From: Planctomycetota bacterium
GTDB lineage: Bacteria; Planctomycetota; UBA11346
Reading direction: 5' to 3'
Length of the DNA: 64,000 nucleotides
Assembly (NCBI GenBank): GCA_038231435.1
Contig: JBBRLJ010000002.1
Coordinates: 32,001 to 96,000, forward strand
Positions 1 through 9,550 of this stretch are shown in pieces (position 1 is the first letter of the stretch; every line of letters starts with the position of its first letter). The position numbers and the translations under genes are program-made. The notes under the pieces are model-generated. The model searched no databases, was not told where the DNA came from, and worked only from the letters and a program-made list of their open reading frames with translations.

Positions 1-548
1 ATCCGGCGAACCCTGCGATCCACGAGAAGACCACCGGCCCCGAGATCTGGCAGGACACCGACGGCACCATCGACGTCTTCGTATCCGGCGTCGGCACCGG
101 CGGCACCCTCACCGGCGTATCGCGCTTCATCAAGGGCACCAAGGGCAAGCACATCATCTCGGTCGCGGTCGAGCCGGCCGAGAGCCCGGTGATCAGCCAG
201 ACCCTGGCCAAGCAGGAGCTCAAGCCGAGCCCGCATCCCATCCAAGGCATCGGCGCTGGCTTCGTGCCCAAGAATCTCGATCTCAGCCTGGTCGATCGTG
301 TCGAGCTGGTAACGGCCGCGGAATCGTTGGAGATGGCGCGCCGGCTCGCCGCCGAGGAAGGCATCCTGTGCGGCGTCAGTTGCGGCGCCGCGGTGGTGGT
401 GGCCGCGCGCCTGGCGGCGCTGCCCGAGTTCAAGGGCAAGACCATCGTCACCGTGCTGCCCGACGCGGGCGAGCGCTACTTGACCGGCCCACTGTTCGAG
501 GGGGTGTTCCAGGGCGTGGCGGAGGCGAAGGCTGGCGACGCTATTTAG
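1..548 (+). CDS. cysK: Cysteine synthase A, 5'-truncated by the window edge
   Basis: Frame from nt 3 reads [16 protein letters not shown]...GVGTGGT...[13 protein letters not shown]...LPDAGERYL, typical CysK motifs. Confidence 0.95.
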   Translation, partial: PANPAIHEKTTGPEIWQDTDGTIDVFVSGVGTGGTLTGVSRFIKGTKGKHIISVAVEPAESPVISQTLAKQELKPSPHPIQGIGAGFVPKNLDLSLVDRVELVTAAESLEMARRLAAEEGILCGVSCGAAVVVAARLAALPEFKGKTIVTVLPDAGERYLTGPLFEGVFQGVAEAKAGDAI

Positions 549-852
549 TCAGGGGCTTCGCCCCTACGGCCTGCGGCCTACCCCGCGCGGCTTTGTCGTG
601 GCTCGTTTTCGCCGGGGGCCGGCGAAAACGTGGGCGGATCGGCTACGCCGATTGTATCCGCCCACCGCCACTCGGCGCCCGGTCGCTGGCGCTCCGGGTT
701 AGTCAGGGGCTTCGCCCCTACGGCCTGCGGCCTACCCCGCGCGGCTTTGTCGTGGCTCGTTTTCGTCGGGGGCCGGCGAAAACGTGGGCGGATCGGCTAC
801 GCCGATTGTATCCGCCCACCGCCACTCGGCGCCCGGTCGCTGGCGCTCCGGG
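545..852 (+). repeat. Tandem direct duplication of a 154-bp structured repeat (subtype A): 545-698 and 699-852
   Basis: Both copies begin TTAGTCAGGGGCTTCGCCCCT and differ by about one base; several internal hairpins. Confidence 0.95.
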
Positions 853-980
853 ATACCGGCCTGCGGCCGGTGGAGAGGGAGCAAAAAATACACCGTGGGA
901 ATAGGATTCGCACCTGGGTCTGGACTGCGGTGCGTGCGCGCTTGAGGGCGTGAGCGTAGGATCGACGGCTGGAGCATCTC

Positions 981-2285
981 ATGAAGCGACTGCGACTGGC
1001 TGGCATCGGCTGCGGTGGACGGACCCTCACGTATTTCGGGCTCGGCGGCAAGATGCCGGATCGCTACGAGGTGGTGGCCGCGGCGGATCCGCTGCCCGAG
1101 CGCGTCGAACGGGCCCGCGTCGCGTCCAGGAATCCCGCCTTCCGCGGATTCGCGAGCGATAAGGAGCTATTGGCGCAGGACCGGCTCGCCGACGTCATGG
1201 TCATCGGCACCCAGGACGCCTACCACGTGCAGCCGTGCATCGCGGCGATGGAGAAGGGCTACGACATCCTGCTCGAGAAACCGATCGCGACCACCTTGGC
1301 CGACGTGCTGATGCTCGAGTCGGCGGCGAAGCGGCTGAAGCGGAAGGTCCTGGTCTGCCACGTGCTGAGGTACTCGCCGTTCTACCGCAAGGTGAAGGAG
1401 ATCGTCGCGAGCGGAGCGCTCGGCAAAGTCATCAGCCTGAACGCCACCGAGGGTGTCGGCGCTTGGCACCAGGCGCACTCGTTCGTGCGCGGCCACTGGA
1501 GCGTGACCGAGAAGGCCACGCCGATGATCATCGCCAAGAGCTGTCACGATCTGGACGTGATCTCATGGCTGATGGACGAGCCGTGCCAGTCGGTGGCGAG
1601 CTATGGCGAGCTCTCGCATTTCACCGCGGCAAACGCACCCGCGGGTGCGCCAGCGCGCTGCACCGACGGCTGCCCGGTGGCGGCCACCTGCCAGTACAAC
1701 GCCACGCTCTATGCCGCCAACCAGCGTGGTTGGCTCGCCCATGTCTACGATCAGGAGGCCGGCGCCAGCACCGAGCAGATCAACGCCTGGCTGGCTACGA
1801 GCCCCTGGGGCCGCTGCGTGTATCGCTGCGACAACACCGCGGTGGACCACCAGGTGGTGGCGATGCGCTTCGGCGGTGGCTCCACCGCGACCTTCACCAT
1901 GACCGCCTTCGACAGCGGACGCGATCTCGAGATCTACGGCACCAAAGGCCATCTGCGCGCCGGCGACAATTACCGCCAGCACACCGGAGCCGACATCCTG
2001 ATCAGCGAGCACGGCACGGGCAACGTCACCAAGTTCAATGTCAGCACCATGGTTGGAGGCTACGATGGCCACGGTGGCGGGGATTCGGGCCTGATGCTCG
2101 CGCTCCACGACGAGATGATGAAGGCCGATGCCGCCGACATGCACTCGTCGATCCACCGTTCGGTCGAGAGCCATCTCATCGGCTACGCCGCCGAGCACGC
2201 CCGCAAGACCGACACCGCGGTGGATCTCGCCACCTTCCGCAAGCTCCATGAAGGGATGCCGCTGGAAGCCAAGCAGGCCAGGTAG
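981..2285 (+). CDS. Gfo/Idh/MocA family oxidoreductase
   Basis: GIGCGGR Rossmann start, LEKP motif, HSFVRG, AKSCHDLD, GHGGGD. Confidence 0.92.
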   Translation: MKRLRLAGIGCGGRTLTYFGLGGKMPDRYEVVAAADPLPERVERARVASRNPAFRGFASDKELLAQDRLADVMVIGTQDAYHVQPCIAAMEKGYDILLEKPIATTLADVLMLESAAKRLKRKVLVCHVLRYSPFYRKVKEIVASGALGKVISLNATEGVGAWHQAHSFVRGHWSVTEKATPMIIAKSCHDLDVISWLMDEPCQSVASYGELSHFTAANAPAGAPARCTDGCPVAATCQYNATLYAANQRGWLAHVYDQEAGASTEQINAWLATSPWGRCVYRCDNTAVDHQVVAMRFGGGSTATFTMTAFDSGRDLEIYGTKGHLRAGDNYRQHTGADILISEHGTGNVTKFNVSTMVGGYDGHGGGDSGLMLALHDEMMKADAADMHSSIHRSVESHLIGYAAEHARKTDTAVDLATFRKLHEGMPLEAKQAR

Positions 2286-2356
2286 CGGCGCGCGACGCAC
2301 GGGCCCTGGACATCAGATGTCGGGCCCTGATCCAAGGGCACGCGCCACCAGTACGC

Positions 2357-2372
2357 TGGCACGAGGATCGCA
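2357..2372 (+). promoter_or_regulatory. Possible sigma-54 (-24/-12) promoter
   Basis: TGGCACG-AGGA-TCGCA, one mismatch to TGGCACG-N4-TTGC, about 70 nt upstream of the PhyH gene. Confidence 0.3.
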
Positions 2373-2440
2373 CAGGTCCGCAGGAGCCCCGCACATTCCC
2401 GATGAGGTGTGTCCGCTATGCTGAAAAGCAGGAGCACGCC

Positions 2441-3202
2441 ATGACGATCATCGATGCCTCGGCAATATCGCGCTACCAGCGCGACGGCTACCTGGTGGTC
2501 GAGAATCTCTTCAGCGCTCCCGAGGTCGAGATCATGCTCGACGCGTGCGACGGCGGGCGCGTCGCCGCCACCGCCTGGGACGCCGCCGATGCCGATGGCC
2601 AGGCCGCGCGCCTCTCGCTGTGGTCGCAGCTCGGCGACGATGTGTGGGCCGCCGCCTCCACCTGCCCGCGCATCGTCGACTCGTTGCGCGCGCTGATGGG
2701 CGAGGAGCTGTCGTTCTTCCACGGCAAGGTCATCCACAAACCGGCCGGCTCCGGCGGCACCTTCGAATGGCACCAGGACTACGGTTACTGGTACGACCAG
2801 GGCTTCGTCTTTCCGCGCATGGCCAGCGCCTGGGTGGCGCTCGATCCCTCGACCCGCGCCAATGGCTGCCTCGAGGTGCTGCGCGGCTCGCATCGCCTCG
2901 GCCGCCTGAACCACAACGCCGTCGGCGGCCAGGCCGGCGCCGACGTCAAGCGCCTCGAGCAGATCCGCGCGCACTTCGAGCATGTCCACTGCGAGATGAC
3001 CCCCGGCTCAGCGCTGTTCTTCGACTGCAACCTCCTGCACGGCTCGGGACCGAACCACAGCGCGATGCACCGGCGTTCGTTCATCATGTGCTACAATGCG
3101 TTGGCGAATCCGTATCTCGTCCCGGGCTCGATCGTTGAGCAGGGAGCGTGCCCGGTGTCGGCTGACGATGCGATCCTGCGCCATGCGAGGGCACGGGCCT
3201 AG
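2441..3202 (+). CDS. Phytanoyl-CoA dioxygenase (PhyH) family Fe/2OG dioxygenase
   Basis: YQRDGYLVV, WHQD, WVALD, NGCL, LHGSGPN; GGAG RBS before ATG 2441. Confidence 0.92.
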   Translation: MTIIDASAISRYQRDGYLVVENLFSAPEVEIMLDACDGGRVAATAWDAADADGQAARLSLWSQLGDDVWAAASTCPRIVDSLRALMGEELSFFHGKVIHKPAGSGGTFEWHQDYGYWYDQGFVFPRMASAWVALDPSTRANGCLEVLRGSHRLGRLNHNAVGGQAGADVKRLEQIRAHFEHVHCEMTPGSALFFDCNLLHGSGPNHSAMHRRSFIMCYNALANPYLVPGSIVEQGACPVSADDAILRHARARA

Positions 3203-3366
3203 AGCGGAGCTCGGACTTAGAGCGGAGAGCGTCCCCAAGGGCACGTCGCGGGGGGAAGACATCCCTTTACTAGCCGCACGGGGCCGCCGCAGCGAGCATC
3301 CCGACAGCGGGAACGGGTGGAATGGAACGTCCTCGGATCAGGGGACCTCTCCCAGGGGAGACCGCC

Positions 3367-4236
3367 ATGCCCCTGTCCGCACTGATCGCCGCGACCCTGG
3401 TGTTCTCATCGCTGGCCGCACAGGCCGAGGACCTCGCGGGCAAGCGCCTGCATCTCGCCGACGGCAGGATCCTGGAAGGGAGATACGACGAGGCCACTGG
3501 CCAGATGCGGCTCGCTGGACCCGGTGATGCGGTGATAGCGGTGGCCCAGGCCGAAATCGCCTCGAGCGAGAACATCGTGCTGGTGCAGCCGACCCCGAAC
3601 ACCGACGACAAAGCCACCCGAAAACTGAAGGGCGAGCGATCGGGAATCATCGTCGTGCTGCGACAGCTCGAGGCCAGGTTGGGACCCCATCCCGAAGCGG
3701 AGCTCGACACCTGGGGCGCGCGACTCGCTGAAGTGCCGAAGCGCATCGCCAGCGGCGAAGCCCGCCTCGACACGCTATGCGATGCCCGCGACGAGTACCG
3801 TCGGCAGATCGCACTGAAGGAAACCACCACCGCGACCACGGCGGCGAGCGACTCGACCACGATCGCGCGCGCTCGCGAACGGGTGGTCGGGGTCGCGGAC
3901 CCGGTCATGCAAGCCGGCATGGATGCGACCTATCGCGTGGCGGTCGATACCATCGAACGCCGCTCGGTGGTAGCCGTCGCGGTCGAGGAGGTCACGCTCG
4001 ACGCCGCGCGCGCCGAGCTCGCGCGCCTCGACGCCCAGGTCGAGGATGTGCGTCACGCCCTCACCGAGCTCCACGCGTACGCCGATCACCTCGCGGCCCG
4101 CGTCGTGGCGACGAGTGCCGATCGCGTCCTGCGCGATCGCTACCGCGCGCGCCTGCTCGAACTCGATGGGCTGCTCGGAACGCGAACGTTGGACCAGGCA
4201 GTGGACTCGGTCCAGCACGAGCCTGCCCCGCATTGA
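3367..4236 (+). CDS. Hypothetical secreted protein: small N-terminal beta domain plus coiled coil
   Basis: Signal peptide (MPLSALIAATLVFSSLAAQA), GGAG RBS, heptad-rich C-terminal part. Confidence 0.7.
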   Translation: MPLSALIAATLVFSSLAAQAEDLAGKRLHLADGRILEGRYDEATGQMRLAGPGDAVIAVAQAEIASSENIVLVQPTPNTDDKATRKLKGERSGIIVVLRQLEARLGPHPEAELDTWGARLAEVPKRIASGEARLDTLCDARDEYRRQIALKETTTATTAASDSTTIARARERVVGVADPVMQAGMDATYRVAVDTIERRSVVAVAVEEVTLDAARAELARLDAQVEDVRHALTELHAYADHLAARVVATSADRVLRDRYRARLLELDGLLGTRTLDQAVDSVQHEPAPH

Positions 4237-4269
4237 GTGGGCAGACATCCCTCTGGGATCACCCGTGAT

Positions 4270-5088
4270 TCACGCCACTCCGGACGCCATGGGACCGGCT
4301 TGATCCGGGATGCTCGGAGTCGGAGTCGGCGCCTCCTCGGGCACGATCGCATCCCGCCCGACCCTCGCCTTGCAGAACGGGCAGTGCATGCCCAGGCGCA
4401 CGATGATCTTCAGCAATGACGGTCTGCGGAAGAGGCGGTCGCAGCGCGGACAGGCGAGGATGGTGCCGGGCTCGGCGATCACCGAGGAATTCCCGTGGCG
4501 AATGAGGACGCGGCGCGGTCCGCTCGCGCGCGGTGTTGGAGCCGGGGCAGGTTCAGCGGCTTGCGACACCGCCGCGGGCGTTTCGGGCGGACGATCCGCC
4601 AGCAGCTCCTTCGTGTCCATGCGCTTGGTGTAGCCGAAACGCTGGATGTGTGCGATCACCGGGCTGAGGAAACGCCGGCCGATGATCAGGCGACGATCGA
4701 TGGCATCGAGATTCACGCTCGCACTGATCGCGAAGCTGAGCTTCTCGGCATTCGGGATATGCCAGCCGAGATCGCCGTACTCATCGAGGAAGTCCAGGAT
4801 CAGGCGCATGCGGTGCTGGGTGTCGGCGTCGGGCTTGCCGCCGGCCGCTCCGCCGCGGCCGCCGACGCGCGTCAGCAGCTCCTCGGCCTCGCGCGCGGCG
4901 TGATCGAGCTTCCGGCAGTCGTAGCCTTCCATGCGCTCGATGTGCTCGGGCAGGAAGATCTGCACCGCGTGCTCGCGGCGCAGGCGCAGCGCCTCGCGGT
5001 AGACGGCGAGGATGTGCTGGACGCCGCCGAGCTGCGCGGTGGCCAGCGAGGCGACACGCAGCAGCTGGTCGGTCGTATCGGCACCCAT
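4270..5088 (-). CDS. Hypothetical protein with C-terminal CxxC...CxxC zinc ribbon
   Basis: Protein-like from MGADTTDQLL; CPRC...CPFC near the C-terminus. Confidence 0.7.
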   Translation of the reverse strand: MGADTTDQLLRVASLATAQLGGVQHILAVYREALRLRREHAVQIFLPEHIERMEGYDCRKLDHAAREAEELLTRVGGRGGAAGGKPDADTQHRMRLILDFLDEYGDLGWHIPNAEKLSFAISASVNLDAIDRRLIIGRRFLSPVIAHIQRFGYTKRMDTKELLADRPPETPAAVSQAAEPAPAPTPRASGPRRVLIRHGNSSVIAEPGTILACPRCDRLFRRPSLLKIIVRLGMHCPFCKARVGRDAIVPEEAPTPTPSIPDQAGPMASGVA

Positions 5089-5206
5089 GGCGATCAACGG
5101 TGCGCCGTTTCCTTCGTGACGCCCGCGGAAAATGCCACCTTGGAACTGTCCAGATCGGCGGAAAAGCTGGCAACGGCGCGGCCGTTCGGGGGTATGAGGC
5201 AGCGCC

Positions 5207-5848
5207 TCACTTCGACCGCACGCGTTCGATTCGTTCGCGTCCGTCCAGCCGCCGGAGCTCCTCGGCCCGGCGGTTGTCCTCAAGGCGCTGGCGATCCTCC
5301 ATCCGCTGCAGCAGTTCGAACTGGCGTATGCGCTCTTCGCGGGCCTCCGCTTCGCGGCGCGCGATGGCGGCGAGCTCGCGTTCACGCTGCTCGCGCAGGT
5401 CGCGCTCATGGGCCTGGACCAGGGCCTGCTCCGCTGCGGCCTTCTGGGTCTCGCGCCGGCGCTGTTCGGCGATGGCGGCGAGGCGGGCAGCGCTTTCCGC
5501 CTCGAGCCGCGCTTGTTCGGCCGCCGCTTGTTTGGCTTTCGCCTCCGCGGCTCGGCGTTCAGCCCGTTGCGGCTCGCCCGCCAGCCAGGCCTGCTCGGCC
5601 CGATCGATACGCAGCTGGGCGTCGCCCAGTTCCTGCTGCGCCTCGTCATCGGTGACGGGTGAGCGCGCAAGGATGCGCGCGGGAGGCACCGTGGCGCGGC
5701 AGACGCCATCGGGCGTACGGATGGCCAGCACGTGCGACGACTCGTCGTAGGTCCCGATGACGATGTGATCACCGGCAAGGGTGAATCGCTCCATGTCGGC
5801 GCCGGACAATCTCGCGACCAGTGCCAAAGCCAGGACCAGAACGCGCAT
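5207..5848 (-). CDS. Hypothetical secreted coiled-coil protein (N-domain resembles that of 3367-4236)
   Basis: Signal peptide MRVLVLALALVA; E/R/A-rich coiled coil. Confidence 0.7.
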   Translation of the reverse strand: MRVLVLALALVARLSGADMERFTLAGDHIVIGTYDESSHVLAIRTPDGVCRATVPPARILARSPVTDDEAQQELGDAQLRIDRAEQAWLAGEPQRAERRAAEAKAKQAAAEQARLEAESAARLAAIAEQRRRETQKAAAEQALVQAHERDLREQRERELAAIARREAEAREERIRQFELLQRMEDRQRLEDNRRAEELRRLDGRERIERVRSK

Positions 5849-6093
5849 CGGAGTCCCCCGCGAGGAAGGTCTCGGCTGCCATGCCCGTTCCGGGTCCCCT
5901 GAGCGGCCAAGGCCTCGTCGCTCATGGACTACCCTCCGCCGGTGTCGGCGTTGGGGCACCTTCAGCAGCCTAGATAGAGCAGCCTCGAAGAGCCGTCTCG
6001 AGGCGCTGATGCCGCCTCAGCCTGGAACTCGGTCGTCTCGCCGAGGCGCAGTCGGCGACGTAGGTTAGACTCGGCGCATCGGTGGAGGGATAC

Positions 6094-6297
6094 GTGAACA
6101 CGGATGCCCTCACGCGAGGCAGACGAGGGCTCCTGGCGGGAAAGGCCCTTGGCGCCAACCCGTTAGAGCGGGATACGGTGTCGTGGCATGGCTGGAGGAA
6201 TGGCTGGGGGGAGGCACGGATCGTTCGCCGGGGGCGGTCGTCGAGACCGCGCGATCAGGGCGGCCCTTCGCCACTCTTCGCCACTCTTCGCCAATGA
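6094..6297 (+). CDS. Small Rmf/CrpP-like protein
   Basis: GGAGG RBS before GTG; G..G...G.....NP.........W..GW pattern. Confidence 0.45.
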   Translation: MNTDALTRGRRGLLAGKALGANPLERDTVSWHGWRNGWGEARIVRRGRSSRPRDQGGPSPLFATLRQ

Positions 6298-6368
6298 GCG
6301 CCAATGAGCACCACTTAAGCCGCCCATTGGGAAGTCCCCATTGCCGCCGAGAGGCACCGCAGCGCCAA

Positions 6369-6605
6369 TCAGACGACGATGGAAATACCCTTCTCGGCGA
6401 ACTCATTCTCCATCGCCATCTCCTTGAGACGGATGCGATCCTGGAACGACAAGCCCGAGAGGCGGATGGGATGTCCACCGGCGATCGACTGGATGGCGCG
6501 GCTGAGTTCGTCATTCACGGCGGCGAGTGCGAGCAGGCGTAGCTCGCCACGAGAGATGCTTCCGGCGACGACATGCCTGGCGGCCACGGTTGCGACATCG
6601 GTCAT
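6369..6605 (-). CDS. Small hypothetical protein (78 aa)
   Basis: GAGGAG RBS 6 nt before ATG; protein-like composition. Confidence 0.6.
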   Translation of the reverse strand: MTDVATVAARHVVAGSISRGELRLLALAAVNDELSRAIQSIAGGHPIRLSGLSFQDRIRLKEMAMENEFAEKGISIVV

Positions 6606-6815
6606 GGGTTGCTCCTCAACCCCTGTTGTACCAGAATAGACCTCGTATCAATGGTACCGGATCGCAGCAGTCTGCCTCATTGGCTGGATATGGGGTGGAA
6701 ATCGCTGGGAATCGCACAAATACAATCGCTCGCGGCCAATCTGGGCGTCGGGCATCTGCCGAGCCGTGCTCATTTTATCCTTGAGACCCCCCATCGTTGC
6801 GCGGACAACCCCAGC

Positions 6816-7427
6816 GTGACCGAACCATTCTTCGCCGCCAACAGCCAGAACCTGGCGGCCATCGAAACCGCGCTCACCGCGCTGACCTCGATGCGGCGCG
6901 ACTTCGAGGACCGCGGCAGCGCCAGCGAGCATTGGTTCTACGACCTGACCTGCGCCGCGGTCTTCCAGAACTACACCCTGCACTACCTGATCAGCCTGTT
7001 GGATGGCGAGAAGCCCGCGTGGAGGACCCGCCTGGAATCGCGGCTGCTCGCCACGCACACCTTATCGGTCATCGACGATCTCGGTCGGCTGGTGAACAAG
7101 ACCTTCGAGAAGCATCTCGCTGAGATCACCAACAATCCGCGCATCATCCAGCCATTGGAGCAAGCCGCAAAAGACCTGGCGGCGTTCCGCCGGGTCAATG
7201 ACAAGTCGGTGCGCGCGCTGCGCAAGGCGCTCGGGCTCCACGACGAGAGCAAGCCGCGCGAGCGCATCGCCTTCGACAACGACCTCGACCCACAGGCCAT
7301 CATCGGCCTCGCCATGGGCACGATCGGCTGGCTGTCGTCCTTCGGCAAGGGCGCGACCCTGCTCATCGGCGTGATCCGCACCGAGAAACAGCTGGGCGAT
7401 CAGCCTCGCGACGGCGGCGGACCCTGA
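6816..7427 (+). CDS. All-helical hypothetical protein, possibly HEPN-like
   Basis: Typical high-GC3 coding from GTG 6816; R-x5-H (RKALGLH) near the C-terminus. Confidence 0.65.
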   Translation: MTEPFFAANSQNLAAIETALTALTSMRRDFEDRGSASEHWFYDLTCAAVFQNYTLHYLISLLDGEKPAWRTRLESRLLATHTLSVIDDLGRLVNKTFEKHLAEITNNPRIIQPLEQAAKDLAAFRRVNDKSVRALRKALGLHDESKPRERIAFDNDLDPQAIIGLAMGTIGWLSSFGKGATLLIGVIRTEKQLGDQPRDGGGP

Positions 7428-7569
7428 CCACCATCACTCGACTCGTCCTCGGCATCGCTGGGTATCGCTGGGTAGAGGCGCGCTGATCGCCGAATTCGCG
7501 CCAACCCCCAGCCCATCACCCATTAGACTTCCGACGATCCCTGCGGTAGATTCCCCGCAGGAGCCCGCG

Positions 7570-8406
7570 ATGCGCCACGCCAATCCCGTCTCGATCCTCT
7601 CCCCGGCATTTTTCACGGCCTGCGCGAGCGCCTTCCTGCTCACGCTCGCGGACGAGGCCCGCTCGGCCGACGGCGCGTCGACCGACTACTGGGTGCGGGT
7701 GATGCCAGCGCTGTGGGCGGCGCAGCTCGACGGTGACTTCAGCTACCAGCGCGGAGGATCGTCTGGATCGCGCTTCACCACCGACCAGCTCGGCATCGAT
7801 GGCGCCAAGAACATCTTCGCCATCGAGGCCGGCGCGCAGATCCCGTTCCTGTTCGGCTTCCATGCTGGTTACTTCGACTTCTCGACCGAAGGCACGCGCC
7901 CTCTGACCCAGACGCAGACCTTCGGCAACCAGACCTACGCGGCCACCACCCAGGTGAAGACCACCGTGGGGCTGCGCGACCTGTACGGCGAGATCTGCAT
8001 CCGCCCGCTCAACCTCGACCTCGTCGGCTTCAGCGTCGGCGTCGCGGGACACTCCATCGATGGCCGCATGGAGCTGGCCGACCTCACCACCGGCAATTCC
8101 GATTCGATCGAGAAGACGGTGTTCATCCCCGCCGTGGCGGTGCGCGGGCACGTCAGCCCGCTGAAGTGCTTGACGCTCGAAGCGCGCGTGCACTGGATCG
8201 AGATCGCCACCGGCGGCAACCACGTGCGTTTCGCGGATGCCGATGTCCAGCTCGCCTACCGTCCGATCGAGTGGGTGGGCGTGCTCGCCGGATACCGTTA
8301 CAATCTCTACGACCTCCATCTCAAGGATCCTACCGGCACCAACTCGTCGGCCGACCTCAACCTGTCCCTCAGCGGCCCGTACGTCGGGTTGATCGCGAAA
8401 TTCTGA
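7570..8406 (+). CDS. Outer-membrane beta-barrel protein
   Basis: Signal peptide, alternating beta-strand pattern, terminal GPYVGLIAKF. Confidence 0.8.
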   Translation: MRHANPVSILSPAFFTACASAFLLTLADEARSADGASTDYWVRVMPALWAAQLDGDFSYQRGGSSGSRFTTDQLGIDGAKNIFAIEAGAQIPFLFGFHAGYFDFSTEGTRPLTQTQTFGNQTYAATTQVKTTVGLRDLYGEICIRPLNLDLVGFSVGVAGHSIDGRMELADLTTGNSDSIEKTVFIPAVAVRGHVSPLKCLTLEARVHWIEIATGGNHVRFADADVQLAYRPIEWVGVLAGYRYNLYDLHLKDPTGTNSSADLNLSLSGPYVGLIAKF

Positions 8407-8512
8407 GGGCATCAGGGACGCTGGCTCCCGCGCGTATCCCGGGCTCGCGGGCCGGACATTGCCCGATTGCGGCCCGACCCGTCCCGGAGTATCCTTCCTC
8501 CATCGGGGACCC

Positions 8513-9103
8513 ATGTTGACCGTACGCGTACCCAACGTCCTGTTCATCGATGACGATTCACCCTTCCTCGATGGGCTCAGGCGCTCGATGCACTCGCAGC
8601 GCATGCGCTGCTCGTTCGCCATCGATTTCGAGACCGCGCTCGAGATCATGGACCGCGAACCGATCGACATCGTGGTGTGCGACGAGCGCATGCCGACCAA
8701 ATCGGGCTGGGAGTTCCTCGGCGAGCTGCGCGAGAGTCATCCCACCATCATGCGCATCATGCTCAGCGGCGGATCGTCGATGGCGTCGATGGTAGCCACC
8801 ATCAACCGCGGCCAGGTCTATCGCTACCTGATCAAGCCGTGCCCCCAGGAACTGCTGGTCGACACCATCGAGAAGGCCTTCGAGTTCAAGCTCCTCACCG
8901 AGCAGTGCCGCGACTCTCTGAAGTACCTGCGCCACATCAACGAGGTCATCCAGCACATCAAGGATACCGACCCGGACCTGCTCGCCGCCTGCCGCGGCGA
9001 CCTGCCGGCCCCGGGATCTGTCTCCCCCGAGATCGACCTTGCCCAGCTCCATGAGAAGCTCGACGTCGAGATTTCCCACGCACGCGCCGCCTTCGGGGCT
9101 TAA
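8513..9103 (+). CDS. Response regulator (receiver domain plus short helical tail)
   Basis: LFIDDD, VVCDERMP, MLSG, LIKPC. Confidence 0.9.
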   Translation: MLTVRVPNVLFIDDDSPFLDGLRRSMHSQRMRCSFAIDFETALEIMDREPIDIVVCDERMPTKSGWEFLGELRESHPTIMRIMLSGGSSMASMVATINRGQVYRYLIKPCPQELLVDTIEKAFEFKLLTEQCRDSLKYLRHINEVIQHIKDTDPDLLAACRGDLPAPGSVSPEIDLAQLHEKLDVEISHARAAFGA

Positions 9104-9107
9104 TTAA

Positions 9108-9546
9108 TGCGCGGGCTCCGCCCCCGGGCCCCCGCGCACCTTTGTCGCCCCTCTTTTTCGCCGAGGGCGCAAAAGTTTGCGTGATGGGCTACGCCCATTG
9201 TTCACGCACAACGGAGCTCGGCGGTCGATTGGGGGCTTCGCCCCCCAGACACGCGTCACCGCCTGCATGAGCCTGTCGTTTCGCAGCCCGATCGAGTCAT
9301 CGTCTCAGATCGCTCCGCATCGCGTGAGCCCTGGCTGGAGCCCATCATGCAACATTCGCCGCCCGGCGGCGAATGAGATGAGCGACAAAGGTCAGGGGGG
9401 ACCGGCGAGGCGTAAGACCCGCCCGACCGCCTAGCTCCGGTTTGCGTGAACAATGGGCGAAGCCCATCACGCAAACTCTTTCGCCGCCCGGCGGCGAAAG
9501 AGAGGCGCGACAAAGGTCGCGGGGGACCGGGGGCAGAGCCCCCGCA
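9108..9546. repeat. Mosaic of subtype-B structured repeats: one forward copy and two reverse copies
   Basis: ~9108-9249 and ~9421-9546 are inverted copies sharing CTTTGTCG and TTTGCGTGATGGGC(N3)GCCCATTGTTCACGCA; a degenerate third copy lies at ~9322-9405. Confidence 0.9.
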
Positions 9547-9550
9547 CCAA

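Noticed and set aside
545..852. CRISPR array or tRNA-like gene
   Set aside because: The units are 154 bp, contiguous and have no spacers; there are no cas genes and no cloverleaf or T-loop signature
4270..5925. Single 551-aa protein
   Set aside because: The upstream half overlaps the real 5207-5848 gene in another frame and has shadow-ORF composition
9177..9513. Small ORFs inside the repeat loci (also 23734-24140, 47484-47675)
   Set aside because: These are translations of the structured repeats and show no coding signature
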